From Candidatus Limnocylindria bacterium (GTDB taxonomy: Bacteria; Chloroflexota; Limnocylindria; P2-11E): 64,000 bases of DNA. Shown here piece after piece: positions 29,501 to 37,645 of the stretch. A program made the translations under genes and the position numbers. Position 1 is the stretch's first letter, and each line of letters starts with the position of its first letter. The stretch is taken from positions 398 to 64,397 of the forward strand of contig DATCPK010000112.1 of assembly GCA_036570125.1 (NCBI GenBank), given 5' to 3'. The notes beneath the pieces were generated by a model. The model made no database searches. It had not been told where the DNA came from and worked only from the letters and a program-made list of their open reading frames with translations.

Positions 29501-30903
29501 CGAAGACCCGCGGACATATCGCCGAACACGTTCTGCGGGAGCTTGATGCCTGCCGCGTCGAACTTCTCCGAGAACTTCGGACGGATGCCGGTCGGCCGCA
29601 GGCGGCCCTGGACCTTGCCGTCGACGAACCCGGTCTGCTCGAAGACGAACACGTCCTGAAGGACGATGGTGTCGCCCTCCATCCCCTGGACCTCGGTGAT
29701 GTTCGTGATCTTGCGCGACCCGTCCTTCAGTCGCGAGATCTGGATGATGAGGTCGAGGGCGCTTGCGATCTGCTCGCGGATGGCGCGTGCCGGCAGCTCG
29801 ACGCCGGCCATGAGGCACATCGTTTCGAGACGGGCGAGGATGTCTCGCGGGGAGTTCGCGTGGCCCGTCGAGAGCGAACCGTCGTGGCCTGTGTTCATGG
29901 CTTGGAGCATCGAGAGGGCCTCGCCACCACGCGTCTCACCGACGACGATGCGCTCAGGGCGCATACGTAGAGCGTTCCGGACGAGGTCCATGATCGTGAC
30001 CGCGCCCTTTCCTTCGATGTTGGCGGCGCGTGACTCCAGACGAACGACGTGGTCCTGCACGAGCTTCAGCTCGGCAGCGTCCTCGATGGTGATGATCCGC
30101 TCGTCCTCCGGGATGAAGCCCGAGAGGATGTTGAGCAGCGTCGTCTTTCCTGAGCCGGTGCCACCGGAGATGAACATGTTGAGGCGCGCTTCGACGCACG
30201 CGCGCAGGAATTCCATCATCTCGGCCGTCGCGGTGCCGAACTTGATGTAGTCCTCGACGGTGATGCGGTACTTGGGGAACTTTCGGATCGTGACGACGGG
30301 CCCGTTGAGCGCGAGCGGCGGGATGATGATGTTCACGCGCGAGCCGTCCGGAAGACGCGCGTCCTCGAAGGGCTTCGCTTCGTCGACGCGCCGGCCGATC
30401 GGCGCGATGATCCGCTCGATCACGCGGGACACATGCTCGTCGCTGACGAACGTGACGTCGGAGAGCTGCAGCTTGCCCTTGCGCTCCACGTACGTGCGAA
30501 AGGGCCCGTTGACCATGATCTCTGTGATGGTGTCGTCGTTCAGCAGCGGCTGGATCGGACCGAAGCCGAGGATCTCGTCCATGATCTGCTCGAGCATTCG
30601 CTGACGCTCGACGCGCGTGACGACGATCCCTTCCTCATCGATGAACTTGTTGAACATTTCCTCGATGGACGACTTCACGGCTTTCGCGTCGGACAGATCG
30701 AGTCGTGGGTCGAGGTTGTTGATGATCCGGCTCTGCAGGCGCGAACGAACGTCACGCTGCGCGTCGCGCGCCGGGGCGGCGGACTGCGAGAGCGGTCCTT
30801 CGGCGGGCGGCTTCGGGGGCTGTTGTCCGGCAGGTGCGCCGGGCTGCTGTGGCTGTTCCGGCTGACCGGGGCGGGCGCCTTCGATGCGTCTTAGAAGCGA
30901 CAT
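29497..30903 (-). CDS. cpaF: Tad pilus ATPase CpaF/TadA (motor 1)
   Basis: 468 aa. Pro/Gln-rich N-terminus, Walker A GGTGSGKTT, Asp box IITIEDAAEL, Walker B RMRPERIVVGETRGGEA, His box AMNTGHDGSLSTGHAN. Confidence 0.92.
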   Translation of the reverse strand: MSLLRRIEGARPGQPEQPQQPGAPAGQQPPKPPAEGPLSQSAAPARDAQRDVRSRLQSRIINNLDPRLDLSDAKAVKSSIEEMFNKFIDEEGIVVTRVERQRMLEQIMDEILGFGPIQPLLNDDTITEIMVNGPFRTYVERKGKLQLSDVTFVSDEHVSRVIERIIAPIGRRVDEAKPFEDARLPDGSRVNIIIPPLALNGPVVTIRKFPKYRITVEDYIKFGTATAEMMEFLRACVEARLNMFISGGTGSGKTTLLNILSGFIPEDERIITIEDAAELKLVQDHVVRLESRAANIEGKGAVTIMDLVRNALRMRPERIVVGETRGGEALSMLQAMNTGHDGSLSTGHANSPRDILARLETMCLMAGVELPARAIREQIASALDLIIQISRLKDGSRKITNITEVQGMEGDTIVLQDVFVFEQTGFVDGKVQGRLRPTGIRPKFSEKFDAAGIKLPQNVFGDMSAGLR

Positions 30904-31023
30904 CTGTGCGTGTTTAACCCTGCCTTCCGGCGCCCGTTATCCAGGCGCCTGCTCCCTCGGGACAGAAATGTATTGCCGGAAAACGCTTGTAAAGGGTTCA
31001 GACGGGGATCAGCGCGAGGGGGA

Positions 31024-32295
31024 CTATCGAGCGAAGAGCCGCATGCCCCCGGTTCGAGCTGCCGCTTTCGGAGCGCCGGCCGCTGCGGCCTCGGGCGCCT
31101 CCTGCGTGATGCGCTGCGCGAGGGTAAAGATGTCCTTTGCAACCTGACTCTCACGATGACTGATAACGAACGGCACCCCCCGGTTCACGGCGAGGACCAG
31201 TGTCCGCCCGTCGGAAACGATCGTGTGCGGGATCTTGCGACCGAGACTCGCTTCCACATCTGATGCCTTGATGCCACCGGAGCTGTCATTGCGGTTCGCG
31301 ACGAGCTGCACTTTGTCGCTGCCGTACCCGAGCTTCTCGGCGATCTCCATGAACACGCGCACGTTCTTGAGGCTCGTGATCTCGAGCGTCATGAGCGTGA
31401 GGATCACGTCGGCAACGTCGAGCATCGTGATGACCTGCTCCTGGAATGACGGCCAGGTGTCCACGACGATGTACGCGTAGCGCTCGCGCAGGAGCTCGAG
31501 GATGTGTTTCATATTCGCGCCGGTGATGAGCTCGGCCGACTCCGGCGTCGGCGGAGCGAGAAGGACCTTGATGCCGGTGGAGTGCGACACCAGCACCGAC
31601 TCGAGCACGTCGGAGTCGGTGTTCTCGAAGGACCCGATGAGGTCGGCGATCGTCTTGGCCTTTGGGCTCATGTTCAGGATCACGGCGATATCGCCGAACG
31701 GCAGGCTTCCGTCGACGAGGCAGACGGGCTTCTGCGTGAGCTGATGCAGCGCCACGGCCAGGTTGGTCGCGATGGTCGTACGGCCGACCCCGCCCTTTGG
31801 CGAGAAGAACGTGATGATCTGCCCGGTCTGGCGTGCGCCCGCGGCCGGAGCGAGTGGGTTGACCGGTGCGGCCGCGGCGGGCGCGGCCGCGGCGTAGCGG
31901 GCGCGCTTCACCTTCTCGAGCTCGTGGACGTGGCGGATCGCGTTGATGAGCTCGTCGGCCGAGAACGGCTTCACCAGGAACTCGCGCGCGCCGGCGAGCA
32001 TCGAACGGCGCAGGTAATCCTGCTCGCCCTGGACGCTCATCATGATGATCGGCGACTCGGGGACCGTGTTGGAGATGATCTCCGTGGCCGTGATCCCGTC
32101 CATGTCGGGCATGTTGATGTCCATGAGGATCACGTGAGGCCGCTCTTTCTTCGCGAGATTTACGGCAGCCTGACCACCGTCGGCGGTACCGGCAACTTCC
32201 ATATCCGGCTCAAAGCCGATCAGCTTCGCGAGGTTATCGCGAGTGTCGGCGATGTCGTCGACGATCAGGATGCGTATCTTCTCGGCTTCGGCCAT
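31024..32295 (-). CDS. cpaE: response-regulator receiver fused to CpaE/TadZ ParA-MinD-type ATPase
   Basis: 423 aa. Canonical REC (ILIVDD, ILMDINMPDMDG, LVKPF), Ala/Pro linker, deviant Walker A SPKGGVGRTT. Confidence 0.88.
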   Translation of the reverse strand: MAEAEKIRILIVDDIADTRDNLAKLIGFEPDMEVAGTADGGQAAVNLAKKERPHVILMDINMPDMDGITATEIISNTVPESPIIMMSVQGEQDYLRRSMLAGAREFLVKPFSADELINAIRHVHELEKVKRARYAAAAPAAAAPVNPLAPAAGARQTGQIITFFSPKGGVGRTTIATNLAVALHQLTQKPVCLVDGSLPFGDIAVILNMSPKAKTIADLIGSFENTDSDVLESVLVSHSTGIKVLLAPPTPESAELITGANMKHILELLRERYAYIVVDTWPSFQEQVITMLDVADVILTLMTLEITSLKNVRVFMEIAEKLGYGSDKVQLVANRNDSSGGIKASDVEASLGRKIPHTIVSDGRTLVLAVNRGVPFVISHRESQVAKDIFTLAQRITQEAPEAAAAGAPKAAARTGGMRLFAR

Positions 32296-32404
32296 AACTC
32301 CCCTGACTATCCTTGGCTCGCCGTGGCACGTCGTTCGCGCGTATCGCCCGGTCGGGAATATACATGCACGGCGTCACCGTCCGAGATGGCTGTCGCGGTG
32401 TCGA

Positions 32405-32920
32405 TCACGTCGTTGCTCCCGGGAAGCGACCGGAGAGCTCGAGCGCGAGCGCGACGAGGGTGCCGAGCCCGAGCGCCACGCCGTACGGAATCCACGTCTT
32501 CATCACGGGGACCATCGGCACCGTGGCTGCAGTCGCAGGTCGGAGGCGACGCACAGCGATGAAGCCCAGGGCGATGACACCCCCGAGCAGCGCGCCGTAG
32601 ACCGCCCCAGCGAGAAGAAGCCCGAGTCCGCGCATCGCGCCGACGGCCATGAGGTATTTGCCATCGCCCGCCTTCAGCCCGCCCATCGCGTAGAACGGGT
32701 ACGCGACGAGGAAACCGACGACGAGACCCGCGACGTGATCAATGAGGCCGTTCGCCATCACCTCGCCGGGCAGCCCTTCGAGCGCGCCCAGCACGAGGCC
32801 GGCGGCCATGACGGGATAGGTGAAAGCGTTGGGGATCCGCCGATAACGCCAGTCCGTGTAGACAACGGCAACAACGAACGAGACAAGGATGACGTCCTCG
32901 ACTGCTCGTACCGCGTCTAT
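32405..32920 (-). CDS. cpaA: A24-family prepilin peptidase CpaA/TadV (ATA start proposed)
   Basis: The track ORF (ATG 32809) has only the second catalytic motif (GLKAGDGKYL). The in-frame upstream 37 codons encode TM1 plus the first Asp motif (VVYTDWRYRRIPN). There is no ATG/GTG/TTG between the upstream TAA (32935-32933) and 32809. ATA 32920-32918 sits 7 nt after AAGGGGA. Confidence 0.75.
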   Translation of the reverse strand: MDAVRAVEDVILVSFVVAVVYTDWRYRRIPNAFTYPVMAAGLVLGALEGLPGEVMANGLIDHVAGLVVGFLVAYPFYAMGGLKAGDGKYLMAVGAMRGLGLLLAGAVYGALLGGVIALGFIAVRRLRPATAATVPMVPVMKTWIPYGVALGLGTLVALALELSGRFPGATT

Positions 32921-32942
32921 TTCGAAGTCCCCTTAGAAGACG

Positions 32943-32974
32943 GACCGGGCGGCGTTTTGAGGCGCCGCCCGGTC
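32943..32974 (-). terminator. strong hairpin between flp and cpaA (attenuator/partial terminator candidate)
   Basis: Perfect 12-bp GC-rich stem GACCGGGCGGCG / CGCCGCCCGGTC with an 8-nt loop, starting 24 nt after the flp stop. Followed by a weak CGTCTTCT tract rather than a U-run. Confidence 0.5.
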
Positions 32975-32998
32975 GTCGTATTCAGCAGCTTCGTGTGT

Positions 32999-33151
32999 CT
33001 AGGTGAGGTTGTTGCCGATGTTGCTGAAGATGTTCGTAATCTGGCCGCGAAGGAAGATCATCGCGACGATAACGGCAATGGCGATGACGGCGATGATGAG
33101 TGCGTATTCGACCAGACCCTGGCCTTCGTCGTCGCGCAGGAATGCGAGCAT
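32999..33151 (-). CDS. flp: Flp family type IVb pilin (50 aa; not in ORF track)
   Basis: MLAFLRDDEG/QGLVEYALIIAVIAIAVIVAMIFLRGQITNIFSNIGNNLT. Flp signature G/xxxxEY followed by a hydrophobic helix. ATG 33151 is preceded by AAAGGGGGA. Confidence 0.9.
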   Translation of the reverse strand: MLAFLRDDEGQGLVEYALIIAVIAIAVIVAMIFLRGQITNIFSNIGNNLT

Positions 33152-33324
33152 TATTCGGTCCCCCTTTCCTGTGATCTTGGTGCAAGCCTGCCCGCCTGGC
33201 GGGAGTCCGACAACTAGGAAGGTCGTACCTCCGCCGTTTGGGCTAGGCCCAATTCTGCCTTCCGAAACAAGCGTCCGACCGCAAATTGGTTAGTTGTCTC
33301 CCGTTTTGACACCGGTCAGACGAA

Positions 33325-34401
33325 CTAGGCCAACAAAGAGAGGAGCGGAGGTCCGAGAAAAACACAAAGCAGAGCGGGGAGGACGCACACCGCCAGCGGA
33401 AAAAGCATTAGTACTGGGAGCCGACGCGCCTGCGCTTCCGCGCGCCGGCGATCGCTGGTGCGAAGCGCATCGGCCTGGGTCACGAGGAGACTTGCGAGAG
33501 GCGAGCCGAACCGCGTCGCGGCGCGCACCAAGGCAGCGACACGAGCTTCGGTTGGTCCGGCGCTGCCGAAGGCGCCGAACGCTTCGCTGGCGCCACGACC
33601 CAGAGCGAGGTCCGCGAGAAGGCGCCGGGCCTCGGGGAGCCGGGCCACCATGGGCGCCCGGGTGACGAGGGCCGCGAGCGCCAGCTCGAACGTGAGTCCG
33701 GCTTCGAGACCGACGATGACCGCGTCGAGAAGGGTCGCGAGATCGGCCGCCGGTGACGAGAGTCGGAGGATCCTCCAGAGCCACAGTCCGCCGATGATCT
33801 CGAGCGCGATCGCGACGACGAGAAGCCAACGACCGCGATCGAACATCACCGCAAGGTATTCAGGCGTCATGACCGCGAAGAACATCCCGCCGAGCGGCGC
33901 GAGCGCAACGAGCACGATCGCCGACATGCGGCCTTGCGCGGTGAGCGCCTTGCGCTCGTCCTCGAGTGCGATGCGTCCACGCAGCAACGTCGCGACGCGC
34001 GCGAGGCTTCGCCCGATCCTGCCGCCGCTCCGCGCGAACGCACCAAGCACGATCGCGAACGGCGCGAGGTCTTCCCCGGCGACGACGCCCGCATAGGCAC
34101 CGACGGCTTCATCGACCGACGCACCAAGGGCCATCGACGCCGCCGCGCGCTCGGTGGGGAGCGCGAGGGCGCGGGGCAGAGTCGGCGCCACCTCGCTGAG
34201 CGCGAGCTGAACGGAGAGGCCGCTCGCCAGTGCCGCGGCGACGGCGTCGACAAGCCCCGGCAGCGCGAGGCGGCATTCCCTCATGCCCGAGCGTGCGCGC
34301 GGGTCGAGCCGTGCCGCGGCCGCGAGCAACGCGCCTGCGCGCCGTTCGTCGAGAAGAACAAGGAGCGTCACCCCGGCGACGGCGAGAAGCAACGCGATCA
34401 C
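33325..34401 (-). CDS. fused TadB-TadC-like protein (two T2SS-F domains)
   Basis: 358 aa. Two repeats of the T2SSF pattern (LPGLVDAVAAALASGLSVQLAL ... and LATLLDAVIVGLEAGLTFELAL ...), each followed by TM segments. GTGA overlap with ATPase 2. Confidence 0.75.
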   Translation of the reverse strand: MIALLLAVAGVTLLVLLDERRAGALLAAAARLDPRARSGMRECRLALPGLVDAVAAALASGLSVQLALSEVAPTLPRALALPTERAAASMALGASVDEAVGAYAGVVAGEDLAPFAIVLGAFARSGGRIGRSLARVATLLRGRIALEDERKALTAQGRMSAIVLVALAPLGGMFFAVMTPEYLAVMFDRGRWLLVVAIALEIIGGLWLWRILRLSSPAADLATLLDAVIVGLEAGLTFELALAALVTRAPMVARLPEARRLLADLALGRGASEAFGAFGSAGPTEARVAALVRAATRFGSPLASLLVTQADALRTSDRRRAEAQARRLPVLMLFPLAVCVLPALLCVFLGPPLLSLLA

Positions 34402-35510
34402 GGATAGATCCGCGTGAGCGTGTACGGATCGCCACGCTCCGGCGAGAGCTCCGCGATCTCAACGACCCTGCGAACACCCGTTGGATCGCGCTCCTGGTGT
34501 ACGACGACGTCGATGCCGCGACGGATCTGCTCGCGGATGGCTTCGAGCGGCAGATCGATGCCACCCATCAGAGCCATCGTCTCGACCCGCATGAGCGCGT
34601 GGGGCGCGCCATTCGCGTGCGCGGTGGTCAGCGACCCGCGGTGTCCGGTGTTCATCGCCTGGAGCATGTCGAGAGCCTCACCGCCGCGCACCTCGCCGAC
34701 GACGATCCGGTCGGGACGCATGCGAAGCGCGGCGCGCAGAAGTGCCCGCACGTCGACCGCGCCCGACCCCTCGACGCTTGGAGCGCGCGTCTCGAGCGCG
34801 ACGACGTTCAGCTGAGGAAGGCGCAGTTCGGCCGCGTCCTCGATGGTGACGATGCGCTCGCGCTCGCCAACGGCGAAGGCGAGCGCGTTGAGCGTCGTCG
34901 TCTTGCCGCTGGACGTGCCGCCCGAAACGAGCACGCTCCGGCGCTCGCGCACGGCGCGCACGAGAAACGCCATCGCATCCGGCGGCAGGGTCCCGTTCCG
35001 GACCAGGTCGTCCGGGCTCAGGGCACGCTGCCCGAATCGACGGATCGTGAGAACGGGCCCGACGAGCGAGATCGGCGGGATGACCGCGTGCACCCGCGAG
35101 CCGTCCGGGAGGCGACCGTCCACGAGGGGACTCGCGAGATCGATCCGCCGGCCAAGCGGCGCAACGAGCCGCTCGATCAGCACGAGGATCTCCTCCGGAT
35201 CGGAGAAACGGATGGCCGTCTCCTCGAGCCGGCCATCGCGTTCGATCCAGACTCCGCGCGTGCCGTTGACCATGACCTCGGTCACCCGATCGTCGCGCAG
35301 CAGTGGCGCGAGCTCGCCGAGCCCGAACAAACGGTCTTCGAGCCAGCGCTCGAGCAGCCGCAGCTCCCCCGCCGGGATGACAAGGCGTTGGTCCACGAGC
35401 GTTTCGCGAAGCGCCGCCGGTAGCTGCTCGCGGCGGGGCCTGCCGTCGGGCGCTTCACGAAGACGTGCAACGACCCCGCGCTCGATGCGTGCTCGCGCCG
35501 CGACCGTCAT
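34398..35510 (-). CDS. Tad-type secretion ATPase (CpaF/TadA-like, motor 2)
   Basis: 370 aa. Walker A GGTSSGKTT, Asp box IVTIEDAAEL, Walker B RMRPDRIVVGEVRGGEA, His box AMNTGHRGSLTTAHAN. Confidence 0.9.
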   Translation of the reverse strand: MTVAARARIERGVVARLREAPDGRPRREQLPAALRETLVDQRLVIPAGELRLLERWLEDRLFGLGELAPLLRDDRVTEVMVNGTRGVWIERDGRLEETAIRFSDPEEILVLIERLVAPLGRRIDLASPLVDGRLPDGSRVHAVIPPISLVGPVLTIRRFGQRALSPDDLVRNGTLPPDAMAFLVRAVRERRSVLVSGGTSSGKTTTLNALAFAVGERERIVTIEDAAELRLPQLNVVALETRAPSVEGSGAVDVRALLRAALRMRPDRIVVGEVRGGEALDMLQAMNTGHRGSLTTAHANGAPHALMRVETMALMGGIDLPLEAIREQIRRGIDVVVHQERDPTGVRRVVEIAELSPERGDPYTLTRIYP

Positions 35511-36448
35511 GTCGCGTCGATCGCGATGATCTCCGTCAACCCGTCGTACGCCTTGCCGAGGGCACCTCCGAGCGCGTTCGGACGAGACGTCGCGGCGGCG
35601 ATCGCGCCCTCCGCGCGCGGTAATGCGCGAAAGACGTCACGCCCGCCCAGCGACGTGGCGACCGACTGCGACGCGATCAGCCATGCACCGTCGGGGATAT
35701 CCGCGGACGCCAGGGCCGCAATCGAGATCGGGTCCTCGTAGCTCATCACGATCACGCGGTCGACGGAACCGGAGAGGCGCCGGGTACGCTCGTCGGCGAG
35801 AGTCGGCGCATCGATGAGGACGATCTCCGAGAGCTCGAGCGCGGCGCGGAACGCGGACTGCGTGAGTCGCAGGCTCGGGCCGAACGGCGGACCGCCGACG
35901 AGACGAAGGCCGGGCGCAGCCTCAGTCGCCACCACCCCGAGGTGCTCCGCGGTGAGTTCATCTGTCAGATCCTCGAGATCGGACCAGCCTCCGCCTGTTA
36001 CGCCGAGCCACCAGCAGAGCGTCCCGTCTGCGGTGAGATCGAGACAGAGCGTCGCGCGAAGCGGCGCCAGACGGCGCGCGAGGTTGGCCACGAGAAGTGA
36101 CCGGCCCGCTCCTCCGCGGGCAGAGGTGACCATGATCGATCGCGTAGAGCTGCGCTTGGCCGGAGGAAGAGTCGCGGCAATCAGCGGACCGAGCACGGCC
36201 GGCTCGCACGATCTCGCGACCGACCGATTCGGAATCCCGAGAGCTCCGGCGAGAGCGACGTGTTCGTCGGCGAGGACGACGACACGCGGAAGCTCCGGCG
36301 GCAGGATCGCCGCGCGCGATAGCGCCTCGGCATGGCGGAGGTCGACCACCGCCAGGTCGGCCCGCGATGCCTCGACGGCGATCAGTCCGAGGACCTCGGC
36401 TGCGGCGACGAGGTCCGCTCCCCCATACAGCGCGGCGCGCACCGTCAA
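35507..36448 (-). CDS. CpaE/TadZ-like protein with degenerate Walker A
   Basis: 313 aa. ParA/MinD-like core, but the P-loop reads TSARGGAGRS (both Lys of KGGxGK[ST] replaced). TTG start with TTGA overlap upstream, ATGA overlap downstream. Confidence 0.7.
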   Translation of the reverse strand: MTVRAALYGGADLVAAAEVLGLIAVEASRADLAVVDLRHAEALSRAAILPPELPRVVVLADEHVALAGALGIPNRSVARSCEPAVLGPLIAATLPPAKRSSTRSIMVTSARGGAGRSLLVANLARRLAPLRATLCLDLTADGTLCWWLGVTGGGWSDLEDLTDELTAEHLGVVATEAAPGLRLVGGPPFGPSLRLTQSAFRAALELSEIVLIDAPTLADERTRRLSGSVDRVIVMSYEDPISIAALASADIPDGAWLIASQSVATSLGGRDVFRALPRAEGAIAAATSRPNALGGALGKAYDGLTEIIAIDAT

Positions 36449-36879
36449 TGCGTTGATCGAAGAAGCGGGACGATCAACATTCCCGAGGCGCGCGCTGACG
36501 CGATCGCCGTAGCGCTGTCCTCGTCGACCTCGAAGACGATCGAACGCTCGTCCGAGGTCATGACACGAAGGTCGGCGGCGATCGCGACCGCGAGAGGACG
36601 GTCACCGGTGCGAACGGCGAGCAGGTCGACGCTGTCGCCGCTACGAACCTCGGCCAGCGGCGCCGCGAGCCACGCCGTCGGAACCGCGAGCGCCCACGTT
36701 GACATCGAAAGACGCTGTGCCAGAGACGTGCTCGCCGCCTCCTCGTCCGTCGAATGCGGCGACGCCAGGAACGTCGAGAGGATCGACGCAACGAGCAACA
36801 TCGACCCGCCGGTCGCGAGAAGAAGGCGGCGCCGACGGATCGCGAACCGCTTTGGCGTGAAGGTCAGGGCAGGGAGCAT
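36445..36879 (-). CDS. CpaB/RcpC-like pilus assembly protein (short)
   Basis: N-terminal TM (LLLATGGSMLLVASILSTFL). VRSGDSVDLLAV and RVMTSDERSIVFEVDEDSATAIASARASGMLIVPLLR resemble the CpaB C-terminal region. Start is ATG 36879 (or 36954). Confidence 0.55.
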   Translation of the reverse strand: MLPALTFTPKRFAIRRRRLLLATGGSMLLVASILSTFLASPHSTDEEAASTSLAQRLSMSTWALAVPTAWLAAPLAEVRSGDSVDLLAVRTGDRPLAVAIAADLRVMTSDERSIVFEVDEDSATAIASARASGMLIVPLLRSTH

Positions 36880-37253
36880 TCGGAAGCCCTGAAGCCAGCG
36901 TGTTGGGCGTAACCGCCGAGCACGAGTCGCGCTTCGATCCGATCGCCGACGCACGCGAGCTCTAGGCGCTCAACGCCGCTGGCTCCGTTCTCGCGTGCGA
37001 GCTCTTCGGCCGCGACGCGTGCCGTTTCGAGAATGCGTGGATCCAGCACGAGCTCCTTCGCGCCGGCTGGTCGCGTCGCGTAGACGTCTGCCACAGCTTG
37101 CGCTGCCGCCTCGACGGCCGCCTCGCCCGCACGCTGCGCATGGGCACCGGCGACGATTCGCTCCTGGGCGGCGCGGAGACCGACGATCGCGGTGGCCGCG
37201 ATGCCGAGCGCGACGACAACGGCCAGGATCGCCTGGCCACGCTCGTCGGTCAC
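36864..37253 (-). CDS. TadE/TadG-like pseudopilin-type protein
   Basis: 129 aa from GTG 37253 (GTGA overlap with tadE). N-terminus VTDERGQAILAVVVALGIAATAIVGL is typical of TadG-N/TadE-like proteins. Buried in a 382-aa track ORF whose remainder is noise. Confidence 0.65.
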   Translation of the reverse strand: MTDERGQAILAVVVALGIAATAIVGLRAAQERIVAGAHAQRAGEAAVEAAAQAVADVYATRPAGAKELVLDPRILETARVAAEELARENGASGVERLELACVGDRIEARLVLGGYAQHAGFRASECSLP

Positions 37254-37645
37254 GGCGTCCACTCGATCCGCCGGGCAGCCGCTCCCTCGACGATCAACCG
37301 CGGAAGCCCGACGAATCCGAGTGGGACCGGAATCGCGTAGCGCAGCCGAACGCGAAGGAGCGATCCGCGTGGCGCCGAGGACCGCGGACTTTCGCTCGAC
37401 GTCGGTTCGATGACCACCTTCACCAACGACGCATCGAGCGGTGCGACTGCGGCGGCCACGGTGCCGCGGACGAGATCGTCGTCGTTTGTCAAGGATCCGG
37501 TGCGCGCCGCTTCGGCCGCGGCATGCTCGAGCGCAAGACGCGCCACGCCGATCTCGGCGACGAGCACGACTCCCAGGATCACGACGAGCAGGAGAGGCAC
37601 GACGAGAGCGAACTCGACGATCGCCTGCCCGCGCTCGCCCTTCAT
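37250..37645 (-). CDS. tadE: TadE-like protein
   Basis: 131 aa from ATG 37645 (ATGA overlap with the hydrolase gene). MKGERGQAIVEFALVVPLLLVVILGVV is the TadE signature (G/QAIVEF). Confidence 0.8.
   Translation of the reverse strand: MKGERGQAIVEFALVVPLLLVVILGVVLVAEIGVARLALEHAAAEAARTGSLTNDDDLVRGTVAAAVAPLDASLVKVVIEPTSSESPRSSAPRGSLLRVRLRYAIPVPLGFVGLPRLIVEGAAARRIEWTP

Noticed and set aside
32324-32338. Near-consensus sigma-54 element TGGCACG-TCGT-TCGC on the plus strand between REC-cpaE and cpaA
   Set aside because: It points rightward, antisense into cpaA, with no plus-strand gene to serve. All neighbouring genes are on the minus strand. It is probably a chance match.
32999-33010. C-terminal N-L-T of the Flp pilin as an N-glycosylation sequon linked to the nearby GT-C-like protein
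   Set aside because: Known bacterial PglB-type sequons need an acidic residue at -2 (D/E-x-N-x-S/T), which is absent (N-N-L-T). No oligosaccharyltransferase motif was recognised. It is mentioned only as speculation.
33179-33200. Sigma-54-like GGCGGG...CTTGCA upstream of flp
   Set aside because: The GG-to-GC spacing is off by one nucleotide from the strict -24/-12 geometry, and the -24 region is poor.
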